Assembly: GCA_035273795.1 (NCBI GenBank)
Contig: DATEOT010000052.1
Coordinates: forward strand, 471-64,470
Length of the DNA stretch: 64,000 nt
Source of the DNA: Solirubrobacterales bacterium
GTDB taxonomy: Bacteria > Actinomycetota > Thermoleophilia > Solirubrobacterales > 70-9
Direction of reading: 5' to 3'
This document shows positions 16,827 to 25,861 of this stretch, in pieces; the stretch's first letter is position 1; every line of letters starts with the position of its first letter. The translations under genes were made by a program, and so were the position numbers. The notes under the pieces are model-generated. The model did not search any database. It saw only the letters and a program-made list of their open reading frames with translations, and was not told the origin of the DNA.

Positions 16827-17402
16827 TCAGTCGCGGTCGGGACGGTCCGGGTAGATCTCGTCGATCGTGACCAGCGCCCGGTAGGGCGCGGCGGCGGCGG
16901 CTTCGATCTTCTCGCCACCGCCGGCCAGACGGTCGACGACGGCGACGACGCCTGCTACCTCCAGGCCCTCCTCGCGGACCCGCCCGATCGCCTGCGCGGT
17001 GGAGCCGCCGGTGGTGACCGTGTCCTCGACGACCAGGCAGCGCACGCCCGGCTCAACCGGGCCCTCCACCCAGCGCTGCAGCCCGTGCTCCTTGCGCTGG
17101 CCGCGGACGAAGAAGGCGACGAGGTCGGCCCCGGCAGCAACTGCGATCGCGGCACAGGCGGGGGGGATCGCCGCGGTGGCAGGCCCGCCGACCGCCCCCG
17201 CCCGAAGCTTTTTCGCGGCGGCGGCAATCAGCTCACCCGCCGCCCGAAAGCCCTCCGGCCGCATCAACGTCCGCCGCGCGTCGACGTAGTACTGCGCTAT
17301 CGCCCCGCTGGCCAGCGTGACCTCCCCCAGGATCAACGAGTGCTCCCGCAACTCCGCGAGGAGCGTCTGCTTGGCGGCGTCGAGGTCGGTCACGGCCGGC
17401 AT
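16827..17402 (-). CDS. pyrE: Orotate phosphoribosyltransferase
   Basis: PRPP-binding motif CLVVEDTVTTGGS, with size and N-terminus typical of PyrE. Confidence 0.9.
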   Translation of the reverse strand: MPAVTDLDAAKQTLLAELREHSLILGEVTLASGAIAQYYVDARRTLMRPEGFRAAGELIAAAAKKLRAGAVGGPATAAIPPACAAIAVAAGADLVAFFVRGQRKEHGLQRWVEGPVEPGVRCLVVEDTVTTGGSTAQAIGRVREEGLEVAGVVAVVDRLAGGGEKIEAAAAAPYRALVTIDEIYPDRPDRD

Positions 17403-17420
17403 CCTAAGCGGCGAGCGCCG

Positions 17421-18392
17421 CTACCAGATGAAGATGTCTTGGCCGTAGAAGATGCGCTCGTAGATCTCGGGCTGGTCGGAGATGAACGTCCGCAGGCAGC
17501 CGTGGCTGGCGGGGTAGTCCGGAACCGAGTTGTAGCCGTGGACCGCGTAGCCGCCGTAGAAGTACCAGGAGTAGTACATCCCGTGCGAGTTGTAGCCCGG
17601 TTCGGTGCGGATCATCTCGAAGTGACCGGTGACGGTCGGGGTCGACGACTTGCCGGATGAGATCGGGTAGATCGCGTACGGCTTGTCGCCTTTGGTGAAG
17701 ACCAGAACCTGCTTGGAAAGCGGCGCCTCGAGGTGGTCGCCGGCGCCCGGGTGACGGACCTCGTAGCCACCCTTGCCGGAGAAGACTTTCTTCACCAGGC
17801 CGGCGCCCGCCTTCATGCTGCGGTTCATCTCGTTGACTTTGCGGTAGGCGAGAACGCCGCGCGCGGTCTTGCCGCCGAAGCAGCGACCGTCGTTGGCGAT
17901 GTAGCCCATCTTCCGCATCCCCTTCTTGAAGCCGACGACGACGTCGCCGCACTGGCCGCGGCGCAGAGCGGGGAAGCTCACCTTCCAGCTCTTGCGGACG
18001 GTCTCGTCGGCGCCGAGCTGCGGCGTCGCGACATGCTTGGCGGCGACCGCGTACCTGCCGTTCTCACGCACCTCGACGTTGGTCCGGAAAGTCCCCTTGC
18101 CGCCGGCCTTGCTGACCGGCAGGTTGCGGCTGAAGAGGATCTTGCCGTCGAGGTAGAAGGTGACTTTGACCTGCTCGCCGGCGACGAACGGCGCCAGCGT
18201 CCCGGTTACGGGAACCTTCTGCATGATCTCCGCGCGGCCCTTCTTCAGGTTGCCGACCTTGATCTTCACCGTTGCCTCCTGCACCGGCGTCGGAACGGGT
18301 TTCGGCGCCGGTTTCGCGGTCGCGGCACCCGCGGTGGCGGGCAGAGCGAGAAGGGCGGCAGCGGCGAGGAGGGACGGCAGGCGGCGATTCAC
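17421..18392 (-). CDS. L,D-transpeptidase (YkuD domain) with peptidoglycan-binding domain
   Basis: Signal peptide, a PG-binding-like segment (VVGFKKGMRKMGY...FGGKTARGVLAYRK), and the catalytic motif HGYNSVPDYPASHGCLR. Confidence 0.9.
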   Translation of the reverse strand: MNRRLPSLLAAAALLALPATAGAATAKPAPKPVPTPVQEATVKIKVGNLKKGRAEIMQKVPVTGTLAPFVAGEQVKVTFYLDGKILFSRNLPVSKAGGKGTFRTNVEVRENGRYAVAAKHVATPQLGADETVRKSWKVSFPALRRGQCGDVVVGFKKGMRKMGYIANDGRCFGGKTARGVLAYRKVNEMNRSMKAGAGLVKKVFSGKGGYEVRHPGAGDHLEAPLSKQVLVFTKGDKPYAIYPISSGKSSTPTVTGHFEMIRTEPGYNSHGMYYSWYFYGGYAVHGYNSVPDYPASHGCLRTFISDQPEIYERIFYGQDIFIW

Positions 18393-18402
18393 GCGCGAAA
18401 TC

Positions 18403-19110
18403 CTACTGAGCCGCCAGGGCGACGGAGTTGTTCAGCATGTGCAGCAGGATTCCCGGCACGATCGAGCCGGTCTTCTCGTAGAGCAGGCAGAAGACGAAGC
18501 CGAGGGCTATCAACGGCGGCACGGCGCTGAGGCCGGTGAAGGCATGGAGCAGGCCGAAGACCGCGCCGGCCACGAGAGCCGCGGGCAGGCGCGGCAGGCG
18601 CTCGCGCAGGCCGCCGAAGAGCAGGCCGCGGAAACAGACCTCCTCGGCGATCGCGGCGCCGAAGACGATCAGCGCGATCTGCACTGGGACCGGGCCGAAG
18701 CTCTCGGCGATGTCCTCCTGTTCGGGTTCGAGGATCAGCGTCGAGTAGAGAAGGGCGAAGAACAGGTAGGCGCCGACGGCCGCGGCCATCCACTTGAAAG
18801 CGGACGGCCGGAAGGCGCGCACGCCCAGCCGCCACAGGCTCTCCCTCAAGGATCGCGAGCCACTTGACCGCGCGACGGCGAGCGGGACCAGCAGCAGGCC
18901 GAGGACGAGGCCGATCTGGGCGACGACGTTGCCGGTCGTCGTCAGCTCGTCGTTCGCTTCGGTGAAAGCGATCGCCGGAAGGCCGAGGACGAGCCCGACG
19001 AAGATCGCCAGCACCGCTCCCAGCAACGCCCCCTTCGGCCCCCAGTTCGACGGCGGAAAGTCGCGGCCGGCCGGCTCGGCGACAGGCGGGGTGGCTAGGT
19101 TGCTCTCCAT
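18403..19110 (-). CDS. CPBP-family intramembrane glutamic endopeptidase (CAAX protease-like)
   Basis: Motifs EEVCFRGLLFGG, FGLLH and HMLNNS. The start is taken at MESNL (19110). The longer track version would overlap the divergent gene more heavily. Confidence 0.78.
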   Translation of the reverse strand: MESNLATPPVAEPAGRDFPPSNWGPKGALLGAVLAIFVGLVLGLPAIAFTEANDELTTTGNVVAQIGLVLGLLLVPLAVARSSGSRSLRESLWRLGVRAFRPSAFKWMAAAVGAYLFFALLYSTLILEPEQEDIAESFGPVPVQIALIVFGAAIAEEVCFRGLLFGGLRERLPRLPAALVAGAVFGLLHAFTGLSAVPPLIALGFVFCLLYEKTGSIVPGILLHMLNNSVALAAQ

Positions 19111-19525
19111 GTCGCCCGCAGTCAAACAGGTCTCGCGCACGACCCGCACGCGGCTGCGCATCCTCCGCCGCCTCGCCTTCGTCATCGTTTTCCTGGTCGT
19201 GGCGATGCTGGTGCTCGGTCAGTTCACCGAGCTGAAGGAGCTGGCGACCGGGGTGCTCGCCTCGACCGCGCTCGTCGTCGCGGTCGTCGGCTTCGCCGCC
19301 CAGCGAACGCTCGCCAACGTGATCGCCGGCATTCAGATCGCGGTCTCGCAGCCGATCCGGATCGGCGATCGCCTCACCTTCGAAGAATGCGAGGGCCGGG
19401 TCACCGACATCACCCTCTCCTACACCTACCTCGACCCCGGCGACGGCAGCTCGGTCGTGATCCCCAACCAGCTCCTGGTCGAAGGGATCGTCCACAACAG
19501 GTCGACCGAAGACACCATGGCCTGA
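19109..19525 (+). CDS. Short MscS-like mechanosensitive channel fragment or mini-protein
   Basis: The pore-helix region VGFAAQRTLANVIAGIQIAVSQPIRIGDRL and beta-domain start GRVTDITLSYTYL are present. At 138 aa it has only about 2 TM helices and lacks the usual C-terminal alpha/beta domain. Confidence 0.5.
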   Translation: MSPAVKQVSRTTRTRLRILRRLAFVIVFLVVAMLVLGQFTELKELATGVLASTALVVAVVGFAAQRTLANVIAGIQIAVSQPIRIGDRLTFEECEGRVTDITLSYTYLDPGDGSSVVIPNQLLVEGIVHNRSTEDTMA

Positions 19526-19568
19526 CCGCCGGCCGGCGCGGGGACAATCCCTGGGTACCCTCTCCTGG

Positions 19569-21701
19569 ATGACGCAGCGCAACCGGCGACGTCAGCGCCA
19601 CCGGGGGGGAATCGGCGCCAAGCTCCTGCTCGTCTTCGGCGGCGTCGCGGCCCTGCTCGGAATCGCCGCCATCGCGATCACCTCCTGGGTCCTCGACGTC
19701 GCCGCCGAGGCGCCCTCGCTCAGCTCCTGCAAGCGGATCGACCGCGGCGGCAACACCGTTCTCTACGCCGCCGACGGCTCGAAGCTCGGAACCGTCGCCT
19801 CACCCGAAGTGCGCTCGCTGGTGGCCATCGACCGGATTCCGAGGAGCGTCCAGCTGGCGACGGTGGCGATCGAGGACCAGCGCTTCTACCAGCACGACGC
19901 GCTCGACTACCAGGGGATCGTGCGCGCGATCGCGAAGAACCTGGAGGAAGGCGAAGTCGTCGAGGGCGGCTCGACGATCGCCCAGCAGCTGGTCCGCAAC
20001 CTCTGCATTCCCAACCCGGAGCGCACGATCGAGCGCAAGATCGAAGAGGCGGAGCTCGCGGGCGAGTACGTCGAGCGCCACAGCCGCCGCGAGATCCTCG
20101 GCGCCTACCTCAACGTCGCCTCCTACGGGACGGTCGAAGGCAGCACCGCCGTGGGGGTCGCGGCCGCCGCGAAGATCTTCTTCTCGAAACCGGTCTGGGA
20201 GCTGAAGCTGCCGGAAGCGGCGCTGCTGGCGGGGCTGCCGCAGGCCCCCTCCGAATACAACCCGCTGCTGAACCCCGGCGCCGCCAGGGCGCGCCGCAAC
20301 CAGGTGCTGCAGCAGATGGAGAAGCTCGGCTACGTCAGCGAGTCCCGAGCCCGCCAGGCGATGGCGAGCGGCCTTCGGGTCGACCTCGACGAGAGCTACT
20401 TCGAGCACCGGGAACCGTTCTTCTTCGACTACGTCGAAAACCGGTTGATCGAGAAGTACGGCGCCCAGAAAGTGCGCCGCGGCGGCCTCGAGGTGCAGAC
20501 GACGATCGATCCGGAGCTGCAGCGAGTGGGCTTGGAGGCGATGCGCTCCGCGCTGCCCTACTCGACCGACCCCTCTGCCGCCCTCGTCTCGGTCGATCCC
20601 CGCAACGGCCAGATCAGAGCGATGGTCTCCAGCTCCGACTACGACAGCAGCCAGTTCAACCTCGCCGCGCAGGGACACCGGCAGCCGGGCTCCACCTTCA
20701 AGACCTTCGTCCTCACCACCGCGATCAAGCAGGGGATCGATCCCTACTCGACCTACTACGCGTCGAAGCCGCTGGACCTCTCCCTGCCCCAGTGGGGGCA
20801 CTGGACCGTCCACACCGCCGACGAAGGATATTTGGGCACCGTCAACCTGCAGCAGGCGACGATCGCCTCCGACAACACCGTCTTCGCCCAGCTCGACCTC
20901 GACGTGGGACCGAAGGCGGTCGCCAACACGGCGAAGTCGATGGGCATCGCGACGGAACTGGACGGGATCCCGGCCGAGGGCCTGGGCGGCCTGCGGATCG
21001 GCGTCTCGCCTTTGGAGATGGCCTCCGCCTACGGCACCCTCGCCGCCGGGGGCGTCCACCGCAAACCGATCGCGGTCGAGAAGGTCGTCTTCCCGAACGG
21101 TCACGTCGATCGGCCCGAACGACCGCGGCCGCAGCGAGTCCTCTCCGAGCCCGCCGCCTGGGAGGTGACCCGGCTGCTGCAGGACAACATCACCGAAGGA
21201 ACCGGCACCGCCGCCTACACGGGCTGCGCCGGGCAGGCCGGCAAGACCGGCACCACCGACGAATACACGGACGCCTGGTTCGCCGGCTACCAGCCGAACC
21301 TCTCGACCACGGTCTGGGTCGGCTACCCCGAGTCGAACGATGTCTCGATGACGAGCGTGCACGGCCTCACCGTCTTCGGCGGCACCTTCCCGGCCGACAT
21401 CTGGCACTCGCTCTACGCCGGGGCGGAAGTCCCCTGCGAAGAGTTCGCCGAACCCGAGGGTGAGATCAGCTGGGCCCCCTACTACGGGCGCTACGCGCGC
21501 TCGGGCTCGGAGGACGACACCGACTTCGGCGGCAGCGGGGGTGAGGGCGGCAGCCATGAACCGACGCCGGGGTCGGCCGCCGTCGGCGGCTATGACCCGA
21601 ACGCCTATGCGCCGGGGGCCGGACAGGAACCGCTGCCGCCGCCTCCCCCTCCGCCCGCCCCGCCCCAGAGCGGCGTCGAGGCGGGCGACTCGCCGGGGTA
21701 G
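19569..21701 (+). CDS. ponA: Class A penicillin-binding protein (transglycosylase/transpeptidase)
   Basis: GT51 motifs EDQRFYQH and GGSTIAQQL, plus transpeptidase motifs STFK, SDN and KTGTT. It has a Pro-rich C-terminal tail. Confidence 0.92.
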   Translation: MTQRNRRRQRHRGGIGAKLLLVFGGVAALLGIAAIAITSWVLDVAAEAPSLSSCKRIDRGGNTVLYAADGSKLGTVASPEVRSLVAIDRIPRSVQLATVAIEDQRFYQHDALDYQGIVRAIAKNLEEGEVVEGGSTIAQQLVRNLCIPNPERTIERKIEEAELAGEYVERHSRREILGAYLNVASYGTVEGSTAVGVAAAAKIFFSKPVWELKLPEAALLAGLPQAPSEYNPLLNPGAARARRNQVLQQMEKLGYVSESRARQAMASGLRVDLDESYFEHREPFFFDYVENRLIEKYGAQKVRRGGLEVQTTIDPELQRVGLEAMRSALPYSTDPSAALVSVDPRNGQIRAMVSSSDYDSSQFNLAAQGHRQPGSTFKTFVLTTAIKQGIDPYSTYYASKPLDLSLPQWGHWTVHTADEGYLGTVNLQQATIASDNTVFAQLDLDVGPKAVANTAKSMGIATELDGIPAEGLGGLRIGVSPLEMASAYGTLAAGGVHRKPIAVEKVVFPNGHVDRPERPRPQRVLSEPAAWEVTRLLQDNITEGTGTAAYTGCAGQAGKTGTTDEYTDAWFAGYQPNLSTTVWVGYPESNDVSMTSVHGLTVFGGTFPADIWHSLYAGAEVPCEEFAEPEGEISWAPYYGRYARSGSEDDTDFGGSGGEGGSHEPTPGSAAVGGYDPNAYAPGAGQEPLPPPPPPPAPPQSGVEAGDSPG

Positions 21702-21733
21702 CGACGATCGACCCGGGGCTCGCCTATGGCCTG

Positions 21734-22792
21734 ATGTGGGTCGGCTTCCTCGCGTACCTCGGGGCGCTGGCGGTGGCGCCGAGGCTGGGGGGGCGAATCG
21801 TCTGGGGGGCGATCGTCTTGTTCGTCGCCGGCTTCGCCGCCGCGCCGGTGCTCCTCTCCCACGACGTCTACAGCTACGTCGACTACGCCCGGCTCGGCGT
21901 CCAGCACGGCCTCGACCCGTACGTACATCCGCCGCTAACCGCGCCCGAGGACCCGGCCTACGCCGAGGTCGCCTGGACCGAAGCGACCAGCGCCTACGGC
22001 CCGCTCTTCACCCTCGCCACCTATCCCCTCGCCTGGCTACCCGTCGCTTCCGCGGTGGCGGTCCTGAAGGCGGTGGCGGCCCTGGCGGTGCTGGGGATCG
22101 CGCTGATCGCCAGCCGCCTCGCCGCGGCGCGCGGCATCGACCCCCTGCGAGCGGCCGCCTTCCTCGCCCTCAACCCCCTGGTCCTCGTCCACGTCGTCGG
22201 CGGCGCCCACAACGACGGCCTCACGATGCTCCTGGCGATGCTCGCCGTCGCCGCCCTCCTCAGCGGCCGCGAGCGCTCAGGCGGCGCGGCACTCGTCGCC
22301 GCCGTCGCCACCAAGGCCTCAGCCGCCTTCCTCATCCCCTTCGCCCTGCTCGGCAGCACGAAGCGACTGCGACTCGTCACTGGTGCGCTGGCAGCAGCCG
22401 TGGCGATTGCGGTTGCCGCCTACCTCGCCTTCGGCTGGGACTGGCTGAACGGCCTCGGCCTCGCCGGCGAGAACCAGGACCGGACCAGCTACATGAGCAT
22501 CCCGATCACGGCCGCGCGGCTCACCGGCCTCGACCCCGACGCGGTCCGCCTCGCAGCCGCGATCCTCTTCGCCGCCACCGTCGCCTACCTCCTCGCCTGG
22601 ACCTGGCGCGGCGGCGACTGGATCCGCGCCGCCGCCTGGACCGCCCTCGCGCTCCTCCTGGCCACGTCCTGGCTCCTCCCCTGGTACCTGATCTGGGTCC
22701 TGCCTTTGGCAGCCATCTCCAGAGACCGCCCCCTCCAACTCCTAACCCTTGCTCTCACGGCGTACCAACTAGGCGCCCGCATCCCCCTCTGA
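21734..22792 (+). CDS. GT-C-fold integral membrane glycosyltransferase-like protein (DUF2029/GT87-like)
   Basis: Polytopic membrane protein with an acidic first loop (SHDVYSYVDYARLG...DPY) and an HNDG motif, as in PimE-like mannosyltransferases. The family assignment is from memory. Confidence 0.6.
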   Translation: MWVGFLAYLGALAVAPRLGGRIVWGAIVLFVAGFAAAPVLLSHDVYSYVDYARLGVQHGLDPYVHPPLTAPEDPAYAEVAWTEATSAYGPLFTLATYPLAWLPVASAVAVLKAVAALAVLGIALIASRLAAARGIDPLRAAAFLALNPLVLVHVVGGAHNDGLTMLLAMLAVAALLSGRERSGGAALVAAVATKASAAFLIPFALLGSTKRLRLVTGALAAAVAIAVAAYLAFGWDWLNGLGLAGENQDRTSYMSIPITAARLTGLDPDAVRLAAAILFAATVAYLLAWTWRGGDWIRAAAWTALALLLATSWLLPWYLIWVLPLAAISRDRPLQLLTLALTAYQLGARIPL

Positions 22793-22829
22793 CCTGAAGC
22801 TGGGAAAACTGTCGAAAGGGAGACCCCGA

Positions 22830-23933
22830 TCAACTGGAGGAAGTGCCAGCCCCTTCTTCAGCCGCGGCCTGCAACTCCACCTCTTCCTCCTCAGGCGAAG
22901 GATGCAAGATCCCGGTGTGGATGCTCCACCCCTCTTTGCGCCCCAACGCGGTCACCGCGCCGACGTAGATCAGTTCCGCCGCCGTCATCACCCCGCGGAC
23001 GGCGATTGCGATCAGCGACCCGAGCGCGAAGCTCTTGCCGGGCAGCGCCGCCTTGACCCCCCAGGCGAAAGCGGCGTCTTTGACGCCGAGGCCGGCCGGG
23101 GCGACGATCGTCACCAGCGCCGCGAAGTAGCCGATCGCCTGCGCGGCACCGACCAGGAGGACGTCCTCGAAGGGGATGAAGGTGACCGAGCGAGCGACGC
23201 AGTAGAGGCCGAGGGAGACGACGATCCAGTTCATCGAGAAGAAGGCGATCAAGGAGATGACACCTCGCAGCGAGATCACCGCCGGCAGTGGTTCGCGCCC
23301 GAATTTCTTCAACACCCTGTTGCAGAGCGGCCCGAAGACCTTCGGGTGCAGCAGCGCGAACGCCGCCGGGATCAGCAGCAGCACCGCCCAGCGGTAGACG
23401 TCCCCCTCCAGGTCCGGGTGCTGGATGATGAAGTAGGAAGCGACGATCACCGCCGAGGTGGCGGAGATCGCCTGTTCGTAGACGATGCTGGCGATCGTCA
23501 TCCGGCGCGGGATCCCCGCCCGTTCGGAGAGCAGGACCCGCCCCAGCACGTAGAGGATGCTGCCGGGAACGTAGCGGGCCAGCATCGGCTGCCCCCAAGC
23601 GACCTGAGCCCGCCCGAACCCGATCCGGTAGCCGAGGAAGCGCAGGATCAGATCCCAGCCAAAGGCGCTGAGAACGAAGAAGGCCGGGAGGATGACGATC
23701 GCCGGGATCAGCCAACCGACGTGGAAGTGGACCCCTTCGTCCTGGATCTCCGCCCACTGGTCGATGACCGTGAGCACCAGGAACCCGAAGATGAGCACGA
23801 CCAGTGCGATCTGGAGGGCGAGACGGACTTTGCGACTGCGGGGCGGCTTCTTTCCGATCCGCGATCCGGCCTCGCCCACCCGGTGCAGGAATGGTTGGCG
23901 GCTCTCCACGTCCGACCGCACCTTAGTGGCCAC
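22830..23933 (-). CDS. UPF0104 / lysylphosphatidylglycerol-synthase-TM-region-like flippase-type membrane protein
   Basis: About 8 TM helices with a charged N-terminus. The overall pattern resembles the MprF-flippase-like UPF0104 family. Confidence 0.55.
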   Translation of the reverse strand: MATKVRSDVESRQPFLHRVGEAGSRIGKKPPRSRKVRLALQIALVVLIFGFLVLTVIDQWAEIQDEGVHFHVGWLIPAIVILPAFFVLSAFGWDLILRFLGYRIGFGRAQVAWGQPMLARYVPGSILYVLGRVLLSERAGIPRRMTIASIVYEQAISATSAVIVASYFIIQHPDLEGDVYRWAVLLLIPAAFALLHPKVFGPLCNRVLKKFGREPLPAVISLRGVISLIAFFSMNWIVVSLGLYCVARSVTFIPFEDVLLVGAAQAIGYFAALVTIVAPAGLGVKDAAFAWGVKAALPGKSFALGSLIAIAVRGVMTAAELIYVGAVTALGRKEGWSIHTGILHPSPEEEEVELQAAAEEGAGTSSS

Positions 23934-23950
23934 TTCTCTGGAATAGTCGG

Positions 23951-24943
23951 GTGATGGGCGAGTTCGAGTTGCTCGCGAGGCTCCGCGAGCGTCTTCCGCC
24001 GAATGGGCACCGCGTCGAGCTGGGCAGTGGCGACGATGCCGCGATCACCGTTCCCGGCGGCGCCACCGCGACTTCGGTCGACGCGATCGTCGAGGGGGTC
24101 CACTTTCGCCGCGAGGAGACGGGACTGGAAACGGTCGGCCGCAAGGCCCTCTCCACCGCCCTCTCCGACCTGGCGGCGATGGGGGCGGAAGCGGGCGAGG
24201 CGTACGTCGTGCTCGGCGCTCCCGCCGAGCTTGGCGAGGACGATTTCGACGCCCTGCTCGCCGGCCTGCTGGAAGTGGCGTCGGCGACCGGCACGACCAT
24301 CGCCGGGGGGGACCTCAGCCGCGCGCCCGTTCTCTCCCTGGCGATCACCGTCGTCGGACATGCGGCCAGCCCGGAGAGGTTCGTCACCAGGAGGGCCGCC
24401 GAGCCGGGTGACCTCCTGGTGCTCACCGGAGAGATCGGCGGGGCCGCGGCTGGACGGCTCCTGCTCGACGACACCTCCCTGAACGCGGTCGTCTCCGAGC
24501 CAGTCGCCGAGAACCTGCGCGCTCGTCAGCTGGATCCGATCGCCCGCCTGCGTTCCGGCCAGGCCCTCGCGGCTGCCGGAGCGCGGGCGATGATCGACCT
24601 CAGCGACGGGCTCGCCGGAGACGCGGGCCACCTCTGCCGCGCCAGCGCCGTCGCCCTGCGGATCGACGCCGGCGCCCTTCCCGTCGCCAAAGGAGTCGCC
24701 GAGGTCGCGGTCGCCGCGGATCTGGACCACCTGCAGCTGGCCGTCTCAGGAGGCGAGGACTACGAGCTGCTGGCCGCGATACCGCCGGAGAGGCTCGACG
24801 AGGCTTCGGCCGGGATCCGCGAGACCGCGGAGACGACCCTCACTCCGATCGGGGAAGTGGAGGCGGGGGAAGGAGTGGAGATCAGGCTGCCCGGGGGTGG
24901 ACTGCTGGAGGTTCGGGGCCACGACCATTTTGCGGACTCGTAG
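23951..24943 (+). CDS. thiL: Thiamine-monophosphate kinase
   Basis: GEFELLARLRERL N-terminus and GDDAAI, the AIR-synthase-like fold signature typical of ThiL. Confidence 0.88.
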   Translation: MMGEFELLARLRERLPPNGHRVELGSGDDAAITVPGGATATSVDAIVEGVHFRREETGLETVGRKALSTALSDLAAMGAEAGEAYVVLGAPAELGEDDFDALLAGLLEVASATGTTIAGGDLSRAPVLSLAITVVGHAASPERFVTRRAAEPGDLLVLTGEIGGAAAGRLLLDDTSLNAVVSEPVAENLRARQLDPIARLRSGQALAAAGARAMIDLSDGLAGDAGHLCRASAVALRIDAGALPVAKGVAEVAVAADLDHLQLAVSGGEDYELLAAIPPERLDEASAGIRETAETTLTPIGEVEAGEGVEIRLPGGGLLEVRGHDHFADS

Positions 24944-25064
24944 CGTGGATCCCCGTCAGCAGCTCGCGAACTCCGCGGCGGCTGAGCATCGCCGACGCGA
25001 TCTGAGCGGGGTCCGGCTTGTAGGTACCGGCTTCAACCAAAGTTTTCAGTTCCTGGGCTTGCAT
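24882..25064 (-). CDS. Possible small FlgM-like (anti-sigma-28 C-terminal motif) protein
   Basis: 60-aa ORF. LKTLVEAGTYKPDPAQIASAMLS resembles the conserved FlgM C-terminal motif (GxYxxDxxxIAxxML). Its 3' part overlaps the thiL 3' end by 62 nt, so it may be spurious. Confidence 0.3.
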   Translation of the reverse strand: MQAQELKTLVEAGTYKPDPAQIASAMLSRRGVRELLTGIHATSPQNGRGPEPPAVHPRAA

Positions 25065-25159
25065 TGCCTTCGCCGTCTTTATCGACCCCGTGACCCAGTT
25101 CCTTAGTTCTTAGTACTCGCACATGCGTCCAAAGTGCGGCGATTACTACCCTTGAAGCT

Positions 25160-25858
25160 GTGGCCAACGGATCAACCCGCATTCTTCTCGTCGACGACGA
25201 GCAGTCGATCCAGACCCTGCTCAGCTATCCGCTGCGCAAGGACGGGTACCACGTCACCTCGGCCCTGGACGGAACCGAAGCCCTGCGCCGCTTCGAGGAA
25301 GGGCGCTTCGACCTGGTCATCCTCGACCTGATGCTGCCCCAGATGGGCGGGGTCGAAGTCTGTCGCCAGCTGCGCTCGCGCAGCCAGGTCCCGATCATCA
25401 TGCTGACCGCGAAAGGCAGCGAGACGGACAAGGTCGCAGGGCTCGAGGTAGGCGCCGACGACTACATCACCAAGCCGTTCTCGATGCGCGAGTTCCGCAG
25501 CCGGGTCAAAGCCGCTCTGCGCCGCTCCCGCATGGGAGGCGAGGCAAAGGAGACCGGGGCGCCGATCGAGTGCGAGGACCTGAAGATCGACTTCGACCGC
25601 CGCATGGTCACCCTGGCCGAGGAGGAGGTCAAAGTCACCTACGTCGAGTTCGAGATCCTCGGCGCCCTCGCTCGATCGCCTGGCCGCGTCCTCACCCGCG
25701 AGACGCTGCTGGAGCACGTCTGGGGGGACTCCGACTACCGCGACCCGCGCACCGTGGACGTCCACATCCGCCACCTGCGGGAGAAGCTGGAGCGGGATCC
25801 AAAGGAGCCGGAGTATCTCTTCACCGTGCGCGGGGTCGGCTACCGGTTCCGCGAGTAA
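25160..25858 (+). CDS. OmpR/PhoB-family response regulator (MprA/MtrA-like)
   Basis: Receiver domain (ILLVDDE, DLVILDLMLP, MLTAK) and winged-helix output domain (VYVEFEIL..., TVRGVGYRF). Confidence 0.92.
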   Translation: MANGSTRILLVDDEQSIQTLLSYPLRKDGYHVTSALDGTEALRRFEEGRFDLVILDLMLPQMGGVEVCRQLRSRSQVPIIMLTAKGSETDKVAGLEVGADDYITKPFSMREFRSRVKAALRRSRMGGEAKETGAPIECEDLKIDFDRRMVTLAEEEVKVTYVEFEILGALARSPGRVLTRETLLEHVWGDSDYRDPRTVDVHIRHLREKLERDPKEPEYLFTVRGVGYRFRE

Positions 25859-25861
25859 CCC

